A program made the translations under genes and the position numbers. A stretch of 64,000 nucleotides of DNA from Omnitrophica WOR_2 bacterium GWF2_43_52 (GTDB taxonomy: Bacteria > Omnitrophota > Gorgyraeia > Gygaellales > UBA12090): NCBI GenBank assembly GCA_001805445.1, contig MHGF01000028.1, positions 9,651 to 73,650 on the forward strand, written 5' to 3'. Shown here one piece after another: positions 19,433 through 28,841 of this stretch (the first letter of the stretch is position 1; every line of letters starts with the position of its first letter). Under the pieces are notes generated by a model. The model ran no database searches. It was given only the letters and a program-made list of their open reading frames with translations, and was not told the DNA's origin.

Positions 19433-20296
19433 TTACGCTTTTATATATTTTCCTATAATAATCTTCAAATCTTCTTTGACCTGTTTTGGGATTAGTTTTC
19501 TATCAGTTACAATTGCATCCTTAAGCGCGCTGGCGCAGCCGCATGTTTTTCGGCCACCTAAAAGAGGAATTAATGTTTTGATAATATTTTTCGCGTTATG
19601 GGTATTTTTGTTTAAATTGGCAATAACCATCTCCAGGGTTACGGCTTCTTCTGACTGATACCAACAATCGTAATCGGTAACCGCGGCCAGGGTGCAATAA
19701 CAGACCTCCATCTCTCTGGCCAGCTTTGCCTCCGCCATATTCGTCATCCCGATAATATCCATTCCCCAGCTGCGATAAAGCCTTGATTCGGCTTTTGTAG
19801 AAAAAGCAGGGCCTTCCATATTCAGATATGTCCCGCCCAAATGCACTCGTGCTGTAGTTTTCGCCGTCGCTTCATAGACCGCTTTCGCCAGCTCGCTGCA
19901 GACAGGCTCCGCGAAACTTATATGGGCAACAATTCCCTTTTCAAAGAAAGTCATGCCGCGCGCCTGATTCGTGCGGTCAACAAACTGGTCGGGAATCACG
20001 AAATCTAAAGGCCTCAGCTCCTCTCTCAGCGATCCACAGGCCGATACAGAGATAAGTGTATCTACTCCTAACTTCTTCATGCCGTAAAGATTAGCGCGAT
20101 AATTAATCTCTGAAGGGCTAATCCTGTGGCCGAGGCCATGGCGAGGCAAAAAAACCACCTGTCTGCCGCCTAAAGTGCCGGTAATATATTTATCAGAAGG
20201 CCTGCCAAAAGGTGTCGTAAGCGATACCCTTTTCACAGCCCTTATTCCCTCAATAGCATATAAACCGCTTCCTCCAATAATTCCGATTTTTCCCAT
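19433..20296 (-). CDS. mtnP: S-methyl-5'-thioadenosine phosphorylase / purine nucleoside phosphorylase family
   Basis: 287 aa. 'GIIGGSGLY' N-terminus, PNP/MTAP fold motifs. Confidence 0.85.
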   Translation of the reverse strand: MGKIGIIGGSGLYAIEGIRAVKRVSLTTPFGRPSDKYITGTLGGRQVVFLPRHGLGHRISPSEINYRANLYGMKKLGVDTLISVSACGSLREELRPLDFVIPDQFVDRTNQARGMTFFEKGIVAHISFAEPVCSELAKAVYEATAKTTARVHLGGTYLNMEGPAFSTKAESRLYRSWGMDIIGMTNMAEAKLAREMEVCYCTLAAVTDYDCWYQSEEAVTLEMVIANLNKNTHNAKNIIKTLIPLLGGRKTCGCASALKDAIVTDRKLIPKQVKEDLKIIIGKYIKA

Positions 20297-20300
20297 TTTT

Positions 20301-21131
20301 CTACTCCTCTTGAGACAGCTCTTTCGCTCGTTTTGAAGCTGCCTTAACCGCTTCCACGAGAGACCCTGTCCTGTGAAGGGCTTCTAAACCCGCCTCGGTA
20401 GTCCCTCCTTTTGAAGTAATTTGTTTTTTCGCTTCAGAAGGAGATATTTTTGCTTTTTCAAAATAAAGATTACTTCCTGTCCCCGTGCCTACGGCTAAAA
20501 ATTCCGCATCCTGCTGGCTAAAGTTAACACTGATAGCCGCATCCGTTAATTCGGTGTTAAAATCCTTGAGGAATTTATCTGGATTTCTCTTATATTCCTG
20601 GTTGCGGGATTCAATCCTATCAAAATAATACCCAGGGCCGCTTCCGGAAACCGCGGTTGCGGCATTCATCAAGCTTTCATCTATAATCAGGCTCTTTCCC
20701 ACATACTCAAAGAGCTTTTTGGCAAAAGCCAAATCTTCATCTAAGGCAAACTTTCCTTTACACAGGCAGGTGAGCCCTTTGCCAATCTTAGCCGGCATAT
20801 TCGGCATTGCCCTGATAACTCTTACCTTCCCTAATCGTTTTTCAATATGTCCGGTACGTATCCCTGCGGCAATAGAAATAAATACTTTGCCGGAAACGGC
20901 ATTCCTTATTTCGCTTATGGTAGTATCGGAATCCTGGGGTTTTACGGCTATGATAACAGTATCAACGTTATTGACTAAAGCGATAGTGTTATCGGCAATA
21001 ACGACTCCCCGCGCGCCTTCAAGCTTACGATTATCCTTATCAAATATCCAAAGCTGATAATAGGCTTTTAATTGCTCGGCAAGAGCAGAGCCCATATTCC
21101 CAAAACCGATAATCCCAAGGGTAGGTTTCAT
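20301..21131 (-). CDS. proC: Pyrroline-5-carboxylate reductase
   Basis: 276 aa. N-terminal Rossmann 'GIIGFGNMG'. Confidence 0.85.
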   Translation of the reverse strand: MKPTLGIIGFGNMGSALAEQLKAYYQLWIFDKDNRKLEGARGVVIADNTIALVNNVDTVIIAVKPQDSDTTISEIRNAVSGKVFISIAAGIRTGHIEKRLGKVRVIRAMPNMPAKIGKGLTCLCKGKFALDEDLAFAKKLFEYVGKSLIIDESLMNAATAVSGSGPGYYFDRIESRNQEYKRNPDKFLKDFNTELTDAAISVNFSQQDAEFLAVGTGTGSNLYFEKAKISPSEAKKQITSKGGTTEAGLEALHRTGSLVEAVKAASKRAKELSQEE

Positions 21132-21805
21132 CCTTCGAAAAGAGCCCTTCCTAAACGCACCATGGTCGCTCCCTCTAAAATCGCAGCCTCAAAATCACCG
21201 GACATCCCCATAGAAAGGATCGAGAGTTTATGGACACTTTTCTGGGAAAGACTATCTCGCAGCTGCCTCAGATCCCTAAAATAGGGGCGTACCTTTTGAG
21301 GGGTATCTACCATAGGAGCAATAGCCATCAGTCCGTTCACGCTTACATTTTTGAGCATTTCTATTTCCTTTAGTGCCTCTCCCACCGCTTGCGGAGCAAA
21401 GCCATACTTAGTTTCCTCAGCCGAGATATTAACCTGAATCAACACCTCTTGTATTTTTTGTATCTTTGACGCCTCCTTATCAATCTCAGACGCCAGATGT
21501 ACACTGTCTACCGAATGAATCAAATCAAACATTTTTACGCAATCGTCTACTTTATTGGTCTGAAGATGGCCTATCATATGCCAGCGCAGCCTCATGAGGT
21601 GGTGGCACTGGGCATAGTGTTGCCTGGCTTCCTGAATTTTATTTTCCCCTATATCTGTTACGCCGGCCTGAGTTACTTCCTGGACTTCTTCTATACTACG
21701 GCCTTTGGTGACCGCAATCAGCGTAATCTCCCGAGGCTGTCTTTGGGCTCTGACACAAGCAAGCCGTATTTTTTCTTGCACCATGGCTACTTTTTGCCGT
21801 ATCAT
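21128..21805 (-). CDS. yggS: YggS-family pyridoxal-phosphate homeostasis protein
   Basis: 225 aa. Alanine-racemase-N-like fold, 'VTKGRS' region. Confidence 0.85.
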   Translation of the reverse strand: MIRQKVAMVQEKIRLACVRAQRQPREITLIAVTKGRSIEEVQEVTQAGVTDIGENKIQEARQHYAQCHHLMRLRWHMIGHLQTNKVDDCVKMFDLIHSVDSVHLASEIDKEASKIQKIQEVLIQVNISAEETKYGFAPQAVGEALKEIEMLKNVSVNGLMAIAPMVDTPQKVRPYFRDLRQLRDSLSQKSVHKLSILSMGMSGDFEAAILEGATMVRLGRALFEG

Positions 21806-21879
21806 GGTAGTGCTCCGTCAAATTAATCCTTATAGATTAACGGCACAGTAGTACACCGTGACATAAATTTCTGTTATCT

Positions 21880-22046
21880 AGGGCGGAGGTCCTGTCAAGG
21901 TTATGTCTTCGCGGGGACGTTCGGCCTGCTCCTGCGGCAGGCCTCACTCGGCGTAAATTTCTGCGCTCCCCGCCGTTGGCGGGGAGACCAAGCCGCAGGA
22001 ATTTCCGTACGCCCCGCTCACACATAACCTTGCCACCCCCGCTTTC
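21880..22046. repeat. X-family structured repeat, copy A (about 165 bp, terminal inverted repeats caaggttatg/cataaccttg)
   Basis: Near-identical to the reverse complement of 49325-49490. Differences lie in hairpin stems and are compensatory (ccccgccgttggcgggg versus ccgcctgcggcgg). Confidence 0.8.
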
Positions 22047-22220
22047 AAGATAAAACGCGATAGCATGAATTTATGTCATAACGCAGTAGTATATGAGTGT
22101 TTATGCGGCTGTTAACACCAAGGAAAAATTGAAGCCGCCTAAACACGCAATAAATTATAGCTTCTTTTGCGTTTTTTACAAGCACTTTTGGTAATAGCAA
22201 GTAATGCGCCACTGAACGAG

Positions 22221-22250
22221 AAAAATGGGTGGCCCCGCCGCAGGCGGGGA
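22221..22250 (-). terminator. Intrinsic terminator after the REC gene
   Basis: Minus-strand hairpin ccccgcctgcggcgggg followed by a T-tract, downstream of the 22320 stop. Confidence 0.5.
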
Positions 22251-22319
22251 CAGGCCTTCAGCCCCGATAACTGGCCGGCTACCAAAGCAAGTCTCCCCAA
22301 AACTTCAAAAGCCAACCGG

Positions 22320-22694
22320 TTAAAGCAAGGATTGTATTGCTTCAAGCAATAGCGCGGGAGGAGAATCCTTTAAAATAAATTTATCTGCGAGGCGGGCATA
22401 AAGAGAATGTTGGTATTTATGGTACGCGGTATAAATAATCACTTTGCTCTTTGGCTTTAAGCATTTTAGGCAATCAAAGACTTCGATACCGTCTTTCTCA
22501 GGCATCATCAAATCCAGCACTATAATATTCGGCTCGCTCTTTTTTAAATAAATTAAGAGCTCATAGCCGTCTTTTACCGTATCAACAGCATATTTATGTT
22601 CCATGAGAATATCCTTTAATGTCTGGCGGATATGCTCATTATCATCCACAACGACTATACGTACCTGTTTTTCAGGATTAAGCTCTTCTTTCAT
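22320..22694 (-). CDS. Stand-alone response regulator receiver (CheY-like)
   Basis: 124 aa REC domain ('VVDDNEHIR...LDLMMP..DG'). Confidence 0.85.
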   Translation of the reverse strand: MKEELNPEKQVRIVVVDDNEHIRQTLKDILMEHKYAVDTVKDGYELLIYLKKSEPNIIVLDLMMPEKDGIEVFDCLKCLKPKSKVIIYTAYHKYQHSLYARLADKFILKDSPPALLLEAIQSLL

Positions 22695-24267
22695 CGCGCT
22701 CTTTCATTGTTTTTAGAAACACCTCAACGATCTCCGGGTCAAATTGGGTTCCAGAGCCCTCCTCGATAATCTTCAAAGCCTCTTTCTTTGTACAGGCCTT
22801 GCGATAGGACCTGTCAGAAATGAGGGCCTGATAGACATCAGCGATAGCAATAATCCGTGCCCCTAAAGGAATTTCTTTGCCTTTAAGCCCCGAGGTATAT
22901 CCGAAGCCGTCAAAACGCTCGTGATGGTAAAGAATCATCGGAACTATCTCTTTTAAGAAATGGATATTCCTGACTATCTCTGCCCCGATCTGCGGGTGGC
23001 GCTTTATCTTTTCCCTTTCCTTTTCGGTAAGGCTGCTTCTTTTGTGCAAGATCTTATCCTGAATTCCGATTTTTCCTAAATCATGGAGTATGGCAGCATG
23101 CTGCAGCATGTCTATCTCTTCTGAAGAAAGATGCAAGTCTTTCCCAATCTCGGTCGCGATTGAAACCATGCTTTCGGAATGTTTCCCGGTATAATAATCC
23201 TTGACTTCGACCGCCTTGGCAAAAGCAAAAATAGACTCCAAAAGCATCTGATTAGTCCGGTCTTCCATCTTTAATAACTTCTTTTTTAATTTCTCAACAT
23301 TTTCCTTGCCTCCGTCTTTAAGGATATCTTTGACTTCCTTAGCGGATATGCTTTGATAAGGGATGAGCACATTACCGCCTTTATCCTTTGCTTCATGCAA
23401 CGCCTTATCTATCGCATCAAGAAGTTCGGAAGGAGTCTCTATGCCGTTTTCAGGGTAACTTGCCACCCCCATGCTTATTCGTAATTTTAAAGACTTGCCC
23501 TTAGGGTCAAAAACATACTCTTTTAACATCTCCAGAAGACGCTCGCCAACAATAACCGCTCCTTCTTTATAGGTATCCGGCATGAGAATGATAAATTCCT
23601 CTCCGCCGTAACGGATTGCCACATCATTAACGCGCATATTGTTTTTCAGATAATCGGCAAATTCTCTCAGGATCTCATCTCCATACTGGTGGCCATAAAC
23701 TTCATTAATAGACTTAAAATAATCCACATCCAACATTATCACCGAAAGAGGCAGGATGTAGCGTTTTGCCCTTTTAAATTCAGAGACTAATCTCTCAATT
23801 AAATACCGGTAGTTATACAATCCGGTCAGGGGATCCTTGAGGCTTAACTCTTTAAGGCGGTCTACGAGGCGCCTATTTTCCAGGGTAAGCGCCTGTGTCT
23901 TCAATGCCTTCGCTAAAGTGATCTTCAGCTCTTCCACATTTAAAGGTTTCTGCAGATATCCAAAGGCCCCTTCTCTCATGGCACTCAGAGTACTTTCTAA
24001 GGACGCAAAAGCGGTGAAAATAATCACCATAGTATCCTCATTGGCTTTTTTTATGGCTTTTAATAAATCCAGGCCTGTACCTTCATCAAGCCTTAAGTCA
24101 ATGAGTGCCGCGTGAAAGAATTTCTTGGCAATACTTTTCTTTGCTAAGGCCGCGCTTGAGGCGGTCGTTACTGCATAGCCCTCTTCCGTTAAGATATCGC
24201 CAAGGGTCTCAAGTATCTGTGTTGTATCATCTACAATAAGTAGAGCAATGTCTTTTTCCATAATCAC
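22678..24267 (-). CDS. Response regulator with REC, GGDEF and HD-GYP domains
   Basis: 529 aa. REC N-terminus, 'RYGGEEF' active-site GGDEF, C-terminal HD domain with 'HHERFDGFGYTSGL' (GYP variant GYT). Confidence 0.85.
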   Translation of the reverse strand: MIMEKDIALLIVDDTTQILETLGDILTEEGYAVTTASSAALAKKSIAKKFFHAALIDLRLDEGTGLDLLKAIKKANEDTMVIIFTAFASLESTLSAMREGAFGYLQKPLNVEELKITLAKALKTQALTLENRRLVDRLKELSLKDPLTGLYNYRYLIERLVSEFKRAKRYILPLSVIMLDVDYFKSINEVYGHQYGDEILREFADYLKNNMRVNDVAIRYGGEEFIILMPDTYKEGAVIVGERLLEMLKEYVFDPKGKSLKLRISMGVASYPENGIETPSELLDAIDKALHEAKDKGGNVLIPYQSISAKEVKDILKDGGKENVEKLKKKLLKMEDRTNQMLLESIFAFAKAVEVKDYYTGKHSESMVSIATEIGKDLHLSSEEIDMLQHAAILHDLGKIGIQDKILHKRSSLTEKEREKIKRHPQIGAEIVRNIHFLKEIVPMILYHHERFDGFGYTSGLKGKEIPLGARIIAIADVYQALISDRSYRKACTKKEALKIIEEGSGTQFDPEIVEVFLKTMKERDERRA

Positions 24268-24286
24268 AAAACCCTTTTCTCCAATT

Positions 24287-26134
24287 TCATGCTCCCGCGT
24301 TTTTATCTACAGGCAGCATAATGGTTACGGCCGCCCCTTTGCCATATTCACTTTCCATCGTAATCTCTCCTCTATGGCCTTTGAGAATAATCTTCGCGGT
24401 GGCTAACCCTAAACCTGTACCCCTTGCCTTGGTGGAAAAGAACGGCTCAAAAATCCTCTTTTTGTCTTCATCCTTAACACCTTTTCCGCTATCACTAAAA
24501 GTAATAATAACATACTTATCGTTTTTTGTCACCTCTATTAGAATTTTCCCATGGCCGTTCATTGACTGAACGGCATTTACAATGATATTGGTAAAGACCG
24601 TGCTCATCTGCACAGGATCGGCTTCTATCAAAGGTAAGCCTTCCGCGGGCATAATAACTTCTATCCCCTCAGGGATAAGCACCCTTTTGATACTTGCTTC
24701 CAGTAATTCCTTAAGTTCGAACATTTGTAAGTCAGGCTGCTTATTCCGGGAAAAAGTCAGGATATTTTCAATAATCCTTTCGGTTCCCACCACCTGCTCA
24801 TCCAATATACTCAAGTGGCGCTGGATCTTCTCATCCTTATCCTGTATCTTCATTTTAAGAAAATACACCGCGTTCCTTATAACCGCAAGCTGATTTCTGA
24901 ATTCATGGGCTATAATTCCCGCCATCCTCCCGATACCGGCAAGCCGCTCCGCGAGCGCAAGCTGCTCTTGGGTATGGATATAGCCGCTGATATCTTCGAA
25001 AATCTCTAAGATTGCCTTCCTGCCATGATAGAGCATACCGGTATGGATAATAAGATAGGTCTTATCGCCGAGCACCCCTTTCACTTCAATTTCTTTCACC
25101 TCGCCAATTTCAACCCCATTTTTTAAAGGACAGTTAACACAGCGCTGCTTATCATCTTTGTAAAGAAGGTAGCATTTTTTCCCTAGGACATTCTCGCCAA
25201 AGGCTTTTTGCATCTTTTCATTCATATACAGTATATCGCCTTCCTCATCAACGATATCTATGCCAAAGGGAATCGTCCTAAGAAGCGCCTCGTCAAATTC
25301 ATGCATACTACGCAACTGCTTTTCCAGCGCGTTAGCCTCTTGAATCTTTAGATGCAAGAGCTTATTTGTCTCTTGCAGCTGGGCCTCATTATACTGGAGT
25401 ATCTGGGTCTTTTGCTGGATACGCTTAAGCATAGGGTTAAAAAGAAATACCCCGGTCATAAAAAGAATACCCGCGGTAATAAGAAACACCCATCCTTCCA
25501 AGGCCTTAAGCCGGCGTATCTTGGCCTCACTTTCTGCCTGATACTGCCAGACCGCCCTATCTAAAGAACGCGGCAGGTTTCCTTCTGCCGCGCTCACAAC
25601 GTATTGGATATTGGGATCTTGAAGGCTCATCTGAGTATCGCTTAAGGTAAGGGATATCCTTGCTTTTATCAAATACTCGCGTACCTGAGCGTCTACGTTG
25701 AGAGGTTCAGAAAAATAGATATCCTTGGCTTCCCGCGAGAGTGCCCCGCGGCGTTTTAAAGGCGTAGTATCGCTTATCAAATCATGATGCGAACTCTCCA
25801 TAAGGCTAATTGCCTTGCTTAATTCTTTTCTCAGCCTTTCTCTCTCTTGGCTGTCCTCTGTTATTGCCAGCGTTAGCGTAAGAAAGGCGATACGCTGAGA
25901 AAACATTCTCTGCCTGCCGCTGGTATTGATAAGAGCCGCGCTGCCTTCGTTTGACTTAATATTTTCTCTCAGGATCACATAATTGGCCAAAGCAAGCGCC
26001 GCCAAAATACCCAATACGCAAAGATACAAAAAAGTAAACCCCGTTAAAAATGACGGAGCTTTTACCCCGCCGTTTATGGCGGGGCTTTTTAACGGCGTAA
26101 AGGAAAATACTGGCGCGGCCTTTGTTTTTTTCAT
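24287..26134 (-). CDS. Sensor histidine kinase with periplasmic PilJ/NarX-type domain and PAS-like region
   Basis: 615 aa. Two TM segments flank a domain with 'SGRQRMFSQR'. H-box 'HEFRNQL', HATPase G-boxes 'GTGLGLA'. Confidence 0.85.
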   Translation of the reverse strand: MKKTKAAPVFSFTPLKSPAINGGVKAPSFLTGFTFLYLCVLGILAALALANYVILRENIKSNEGSAALINTSGRQRMFSQRIAFLTLTLAITEDSQERERLRKELSKAISLMESSHHDLISDTTPLKRRGALSREAKDIYFSEPLNVDAQVREYLIKARISLTLSDTQMSLQDPNIQYVVSAAEGNLPRSLDRAVWQYQAESEAKIRRLKALEGWVFLITAGILFMTGVFLFNPMLKRIQQKTQILQYNEAQLQETNKLLHLKIQEANALEKQLRSMHEFDEALLRTIPFGIDIVDEEGDILYMNEKMQKAFGENVLGKKCYLLYKDDKQRCVNCPLKNGVEIGEVKEIEVKGVLGDKTYLIIHTGMLYHGRKAILEIFEDISGYIHTQEQLALAERLAGIGRMAGIIAHEFRNQLAVIRNAVYFLKMKIQDKDEKIQRHLSILDEQVVGTERIIENILTFSRNKQPDLQMFELKELLEASIKRVLIPEGIEVIMPAEGLPLIEADPVQMSTVFTNIIVNAVQSMNGHGKILIEVTKNDKYVIITFSDSGKGVKDEDKKRIFEPFFSTKARGTGLGLATAKIILKGHRGEITMESEYGKGAAVTIMLPVDKNAGA

Positions 26135-26150
26135 AGCTTTACCACGATCA

Positions 26151-26666
26151 TCATCTGAGCCATCCGCAGAAGGCTAAGGCGCAGAGCGTCTTTGCATCGA
26201 TAATTTTACCTTGGGTAAAAAGCCTGCGAACCTGTTGCCTGGTGACACTATATGTTTCTATCACTTCATCTTCTTCGGGACAAGCTCTCCCTACTTTTGT
26301 AAGGCCTTCCGCCTTATAGAGGGTTATTTTCTCTGTTGAATATCCCGGAACAGGGAAAATTTCACCCAAGCGGGTAAATTTTTTAGCCGTATATCCGGTT
26401 TCTTCCACAATCTCACGTTGAGCGCACAGAAGCGGTGATTCCTTATGCCTGCGTGTACCCGCGGGCAATTCGTAAAGATACGCGCCCACAACCGGCCTGA
26501 ATTGTTTTAAAAGAAGTATCCGCGAACTTGAGATAAAAGCCGCGATAAGCGCTGCTCCCGGATGCTTAATGATTTCTATCTCGGAGGTAACCTTGTTTGG
26601 CAGCAAAAACTTCTCGCGAAAAAGACAAAGCAGTTTTCCTTTATAAAGCACGCCTGTTTTTGCCAT
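26151..26666 (-). CDS. NUDIX hydrolase (ADP-ribose pyrophosphatase-like)
   Basis: 171 aa. Nudix box 'REIVEETGYT'. Confidence 0.8.
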   Translation of the reverse strand: MAKTGVLYKGKLLCLFREKFLLPNKVTSEIEIIKHPGAALIAAFISSSRILLLKQFRPVVGAYLYELPAGTRRHKESPLLCAQREIVEETGYTAKKFTRLGEIFPVPGYSTEKITLYKAEGLTKVGRACPEEDEVIETYSVTRQQVRRLFTQGKIIDAKTLCALAFCGWLR

Positions 26667-26707
26667 ACGATATCTTGTTTATACGTCCTTAACAAACGGC
26701 CAGCGGC

Positions 26708-27928
26708 TTAGAAATATTCATGGTACAGTTCTTTAACCTTTTGGATTATCTTCTGATACATATTTCCGTAGGAGGAAAGTTTAAAGAGGTTTATCTGGGG
26801 ATGAGAGAGAACGGCATATTTCACTAAGCCGATACCAGCGCTATAACTAAGGTCACCAGCAGAAACATCTTCTATTGTGGCGATATGCGTTGGGGCTCCC
26901 AACGCGTGTTCAAGGCTTTCTATGAACCCTTCTAAAAGCGCTTCTTTCCCGTTTACTACCACGCCCGCGGGAAATTCAAATGCCCCGCGGTATGACACGA
27001 AGGATTCTTTTATTTGGGTAAAAAACTCCTGGAGCCGGTTCTCGATAATAGAGGCAATAGCCTTACGCTTAATAGGACGATATCCTTGCTCTTTTTTTAT
27101 CAACACCTCCTGCTCCGGGCTCACATGAGATGCCAAAGCGCATCCGTGGGAAGCCTTTACTTCTTCAGCTAACGCCTGAGGCAGTTTTAGCTCCGCGGCA
27201 ATCGCCTCAGTAATGTGGCGCGAACCAAAATTAAAAGACTCATATCCACGCAGTATTCCATCCTTGAAAATAAGCATTTGGCTCATGTCAAAGCCGATAT
27301 CAAGAAGACAACATCCCTTTTTTTTTGCTTCATCCGATACTACCGCTAAACTCGTGGCTACACCCGATGCCACGACAGCCCTGATTTTATAGCCCGCGCG
27401 GTCAACCGCGGAAACTATATTTTGGATATCTCTGCTTAAGGCGGTAACCAGGAGCAGATCCGCTCCAAGCTTATGGCCATAGAGCCCCGCGGGCTCAAGG
27501 ACCCTATTCTGATTATCTATGGTATATTCTTGAGGCGCCTGATACAAAATCTGTTCTTCTATGGTAAACCCGAGGCTGTAGGCCTGCTGATTAACCTTTG
27601 CCACATCGCCTGAAGTAATAATCTTATTGGCGCGCTCTGAAAGAGGTATTGTGCAAAGAGAATGCGTTGCTTTTATCTGCTGGCTGTGCATGGCTACATA
27701 AAAAGATTTAATTCTCACTCCCGTTGCGGCAGACAATGCTTCCATCACTGCCGCCACGCAATCACTTAAGGCACCTACATCCGTTACCCTTCCCTGCGTA
27801 ACACCCGCGGATACTCCAGACCGGCATTGAATCTTAATTATTTTTCCGGCCTTGTTTACCACTGCCATAACAGCCGTTAGAGTGCCGGCTGAAATATCTA
27901 ACGCATGATATACTGTACCTTTTCCCAT
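26708..27928 (-). CDS. ftsA: Cell division protein FtsA
   Basis: 406 aa actin-like ATPase. 'LLDIGFDMSQMLIFKDG' and 'GSRHITEAIA' motifs. Position after ftsQ. Confidence 0.85.
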   Translation of the reverse strand: MGKGTVYHALDISAGTLTAVMAVVNKAGKIIKIQCRSGVSAGVTQGRVTDVGALSDCVAAVMEALSAATGVRIKSFYVAMHSQQIKATHSLCTIPLSERANKIITSGDVAKVNQQAYSLGFTIEEQILYQAPQEYTIDNQNRVLEPAGLYGHKLGADLLLVTALSRDIQNIVSAVDRAGYKIRAVVASGVATSLAVVSDEAKKKGCCLLDIGFDMSQMLIFKDGILRGYESFNFGSRHITEAIAAELKLPQALAEEVKASHGCALASHVSPEQEVLIKKEQGYRPIKRKAIASIIENRLQEFFTQIKESFVSYRGAFEFPAGVVVNGKEALLEGFIESLEHALGAPTHIATIEDVSAGDLSYSAGIGLVKYAVLSHPQINLFKLSSYGNMYQKIIQKVKELYHEYF

Positions 27929-27968
27929 TATTCCCCTTTTTTACTTAAACCCGGATTTTGCAGTGGCC

Positions 27969-28811
27969 TCACAATCCCTTATCCTTCTTCTCTAAGACTA
28001 CTGGTGAAAAGGTATTCGTGAGGTCAATATATGCAATCCCTGCCAAAGAGCCTTTCCCTTCTTTTCTGGCATTCCCTGATGCTTTTCTTTTTTCTAAAAG
28101 CAGGCCCAGCACAGCAATGGTCTCGACAGGTTTATCGGGATCAAACCTTACCTCAATCTGAGCCTTGGAGAAGTTATCTTTTGACAAATCATCAGGCAGC
28201 GTATTTTCAGCGATAAAGAATGAACTGGTTTTTTGCTTGGCGAGGTTTATCCTGATGATAGTGTAGTCTTTTAAAGAATGCATCCTGTTTTTTTCCTGAA
28301 TGAGAACAAGTATCTTTTTTGCCTCTTCAAGGGCATAATACTTCGCGTTTGCCTGCTGAAACTTATGCTCGAGCCCCTGGATAACCGGCAATCCCTCATA
28401 AGCAATGTCCGATGCCCCAGCCATGAGCATCCCTGACTCATCCACACAATGATAACGCAAAAACTTCACTTGCGCGATCGCGATACGCCTCTTTAAGGTA
28501 AACCGAAGTTCACCGGGAAGCCTGCGCTCCAGCCTGACGCATTCACTATCCCCTGTTTCCTGTTCGACCTGGTTCTTAAGACGGCCTAAATCTACGGAGA
28601 AAATGTTCCTGCCGAAAAGCCTTCGCGCGAAACTCCTATAGGCGCTTTCGTTTACTCCTACAATAGTAACCTTATTGATGTTAAAATACGCGTAACGGTT
28701 GAAAAAGCTTTTAAGCATGAGAAAAAAAAGAAAAATGCTTACGGCAACGAGCGAAAACACAACGATTATTTTCCCCGGGACATTGATTGTTTTATTTTTT
28801 CTTTTTGGCAT
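27969..28811 (-). CDS. ftsQ: Cell division protein FtsQ/DivIB
   Basis: 280 aa. N-terminal TM, POTRA-like region. Position between ddl and ftsA. Confidence 0.75.
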   Translation of the reverse strand: MPKRKNKTINVPGKIIVVFSLVAVSIFLFFLMLKSFFNRYAYFNINKVTIVGVNESAYRSFARRLFGRNIFSVDLGRLKNQVEQETGDSECVRLERRLPGELRFTLKRRIAIAQVKFLRYHCVDESGMLMAGASDIAYEGLPVIQGLEHKFQQANAKYYALEEAKKILVLIQEKNRMHSLKDYTIIRINLAKQKTSSFFIAENTLPDDLSKDNFSKAQIEVRFDPDKPVETIAVLGLLLEKRKASGNARKEGKGSLAGIAYIDLTNTFSPVVLEKKDKGL

Positions 28812-28841
28812 AGTATTTAAACCGTGTTAGCTCTCTTATCT

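Noticed and set aside
21837-22025. 62-aa ORF inside X copy A, and the 91-aa ORF 49423-49698 inside X copy B, sharing the peptide 'AAGAGRTSPR(R/K)HNLDRTSAL'
   Set aside because: The shared peptide is just the repeat DNA translated. The sequences are Arg/Gly/Pro-rich, as expected for GC-rich hairpin DNA. There is no RBS, the frame is not conserved beyond the repeat, and the covariation pattern supports structure rather than coding.
22139-22352. Small overlapping ORFs (68 aa minus strand, 61 aa plus strand) between yggS and the REC gene
   Set aside because: They are mutually antisense, lie over a terminator hairpin, have no RBS and have a low-complexity Arg-rich composition. This is most likely non-coding intergenic sequence.
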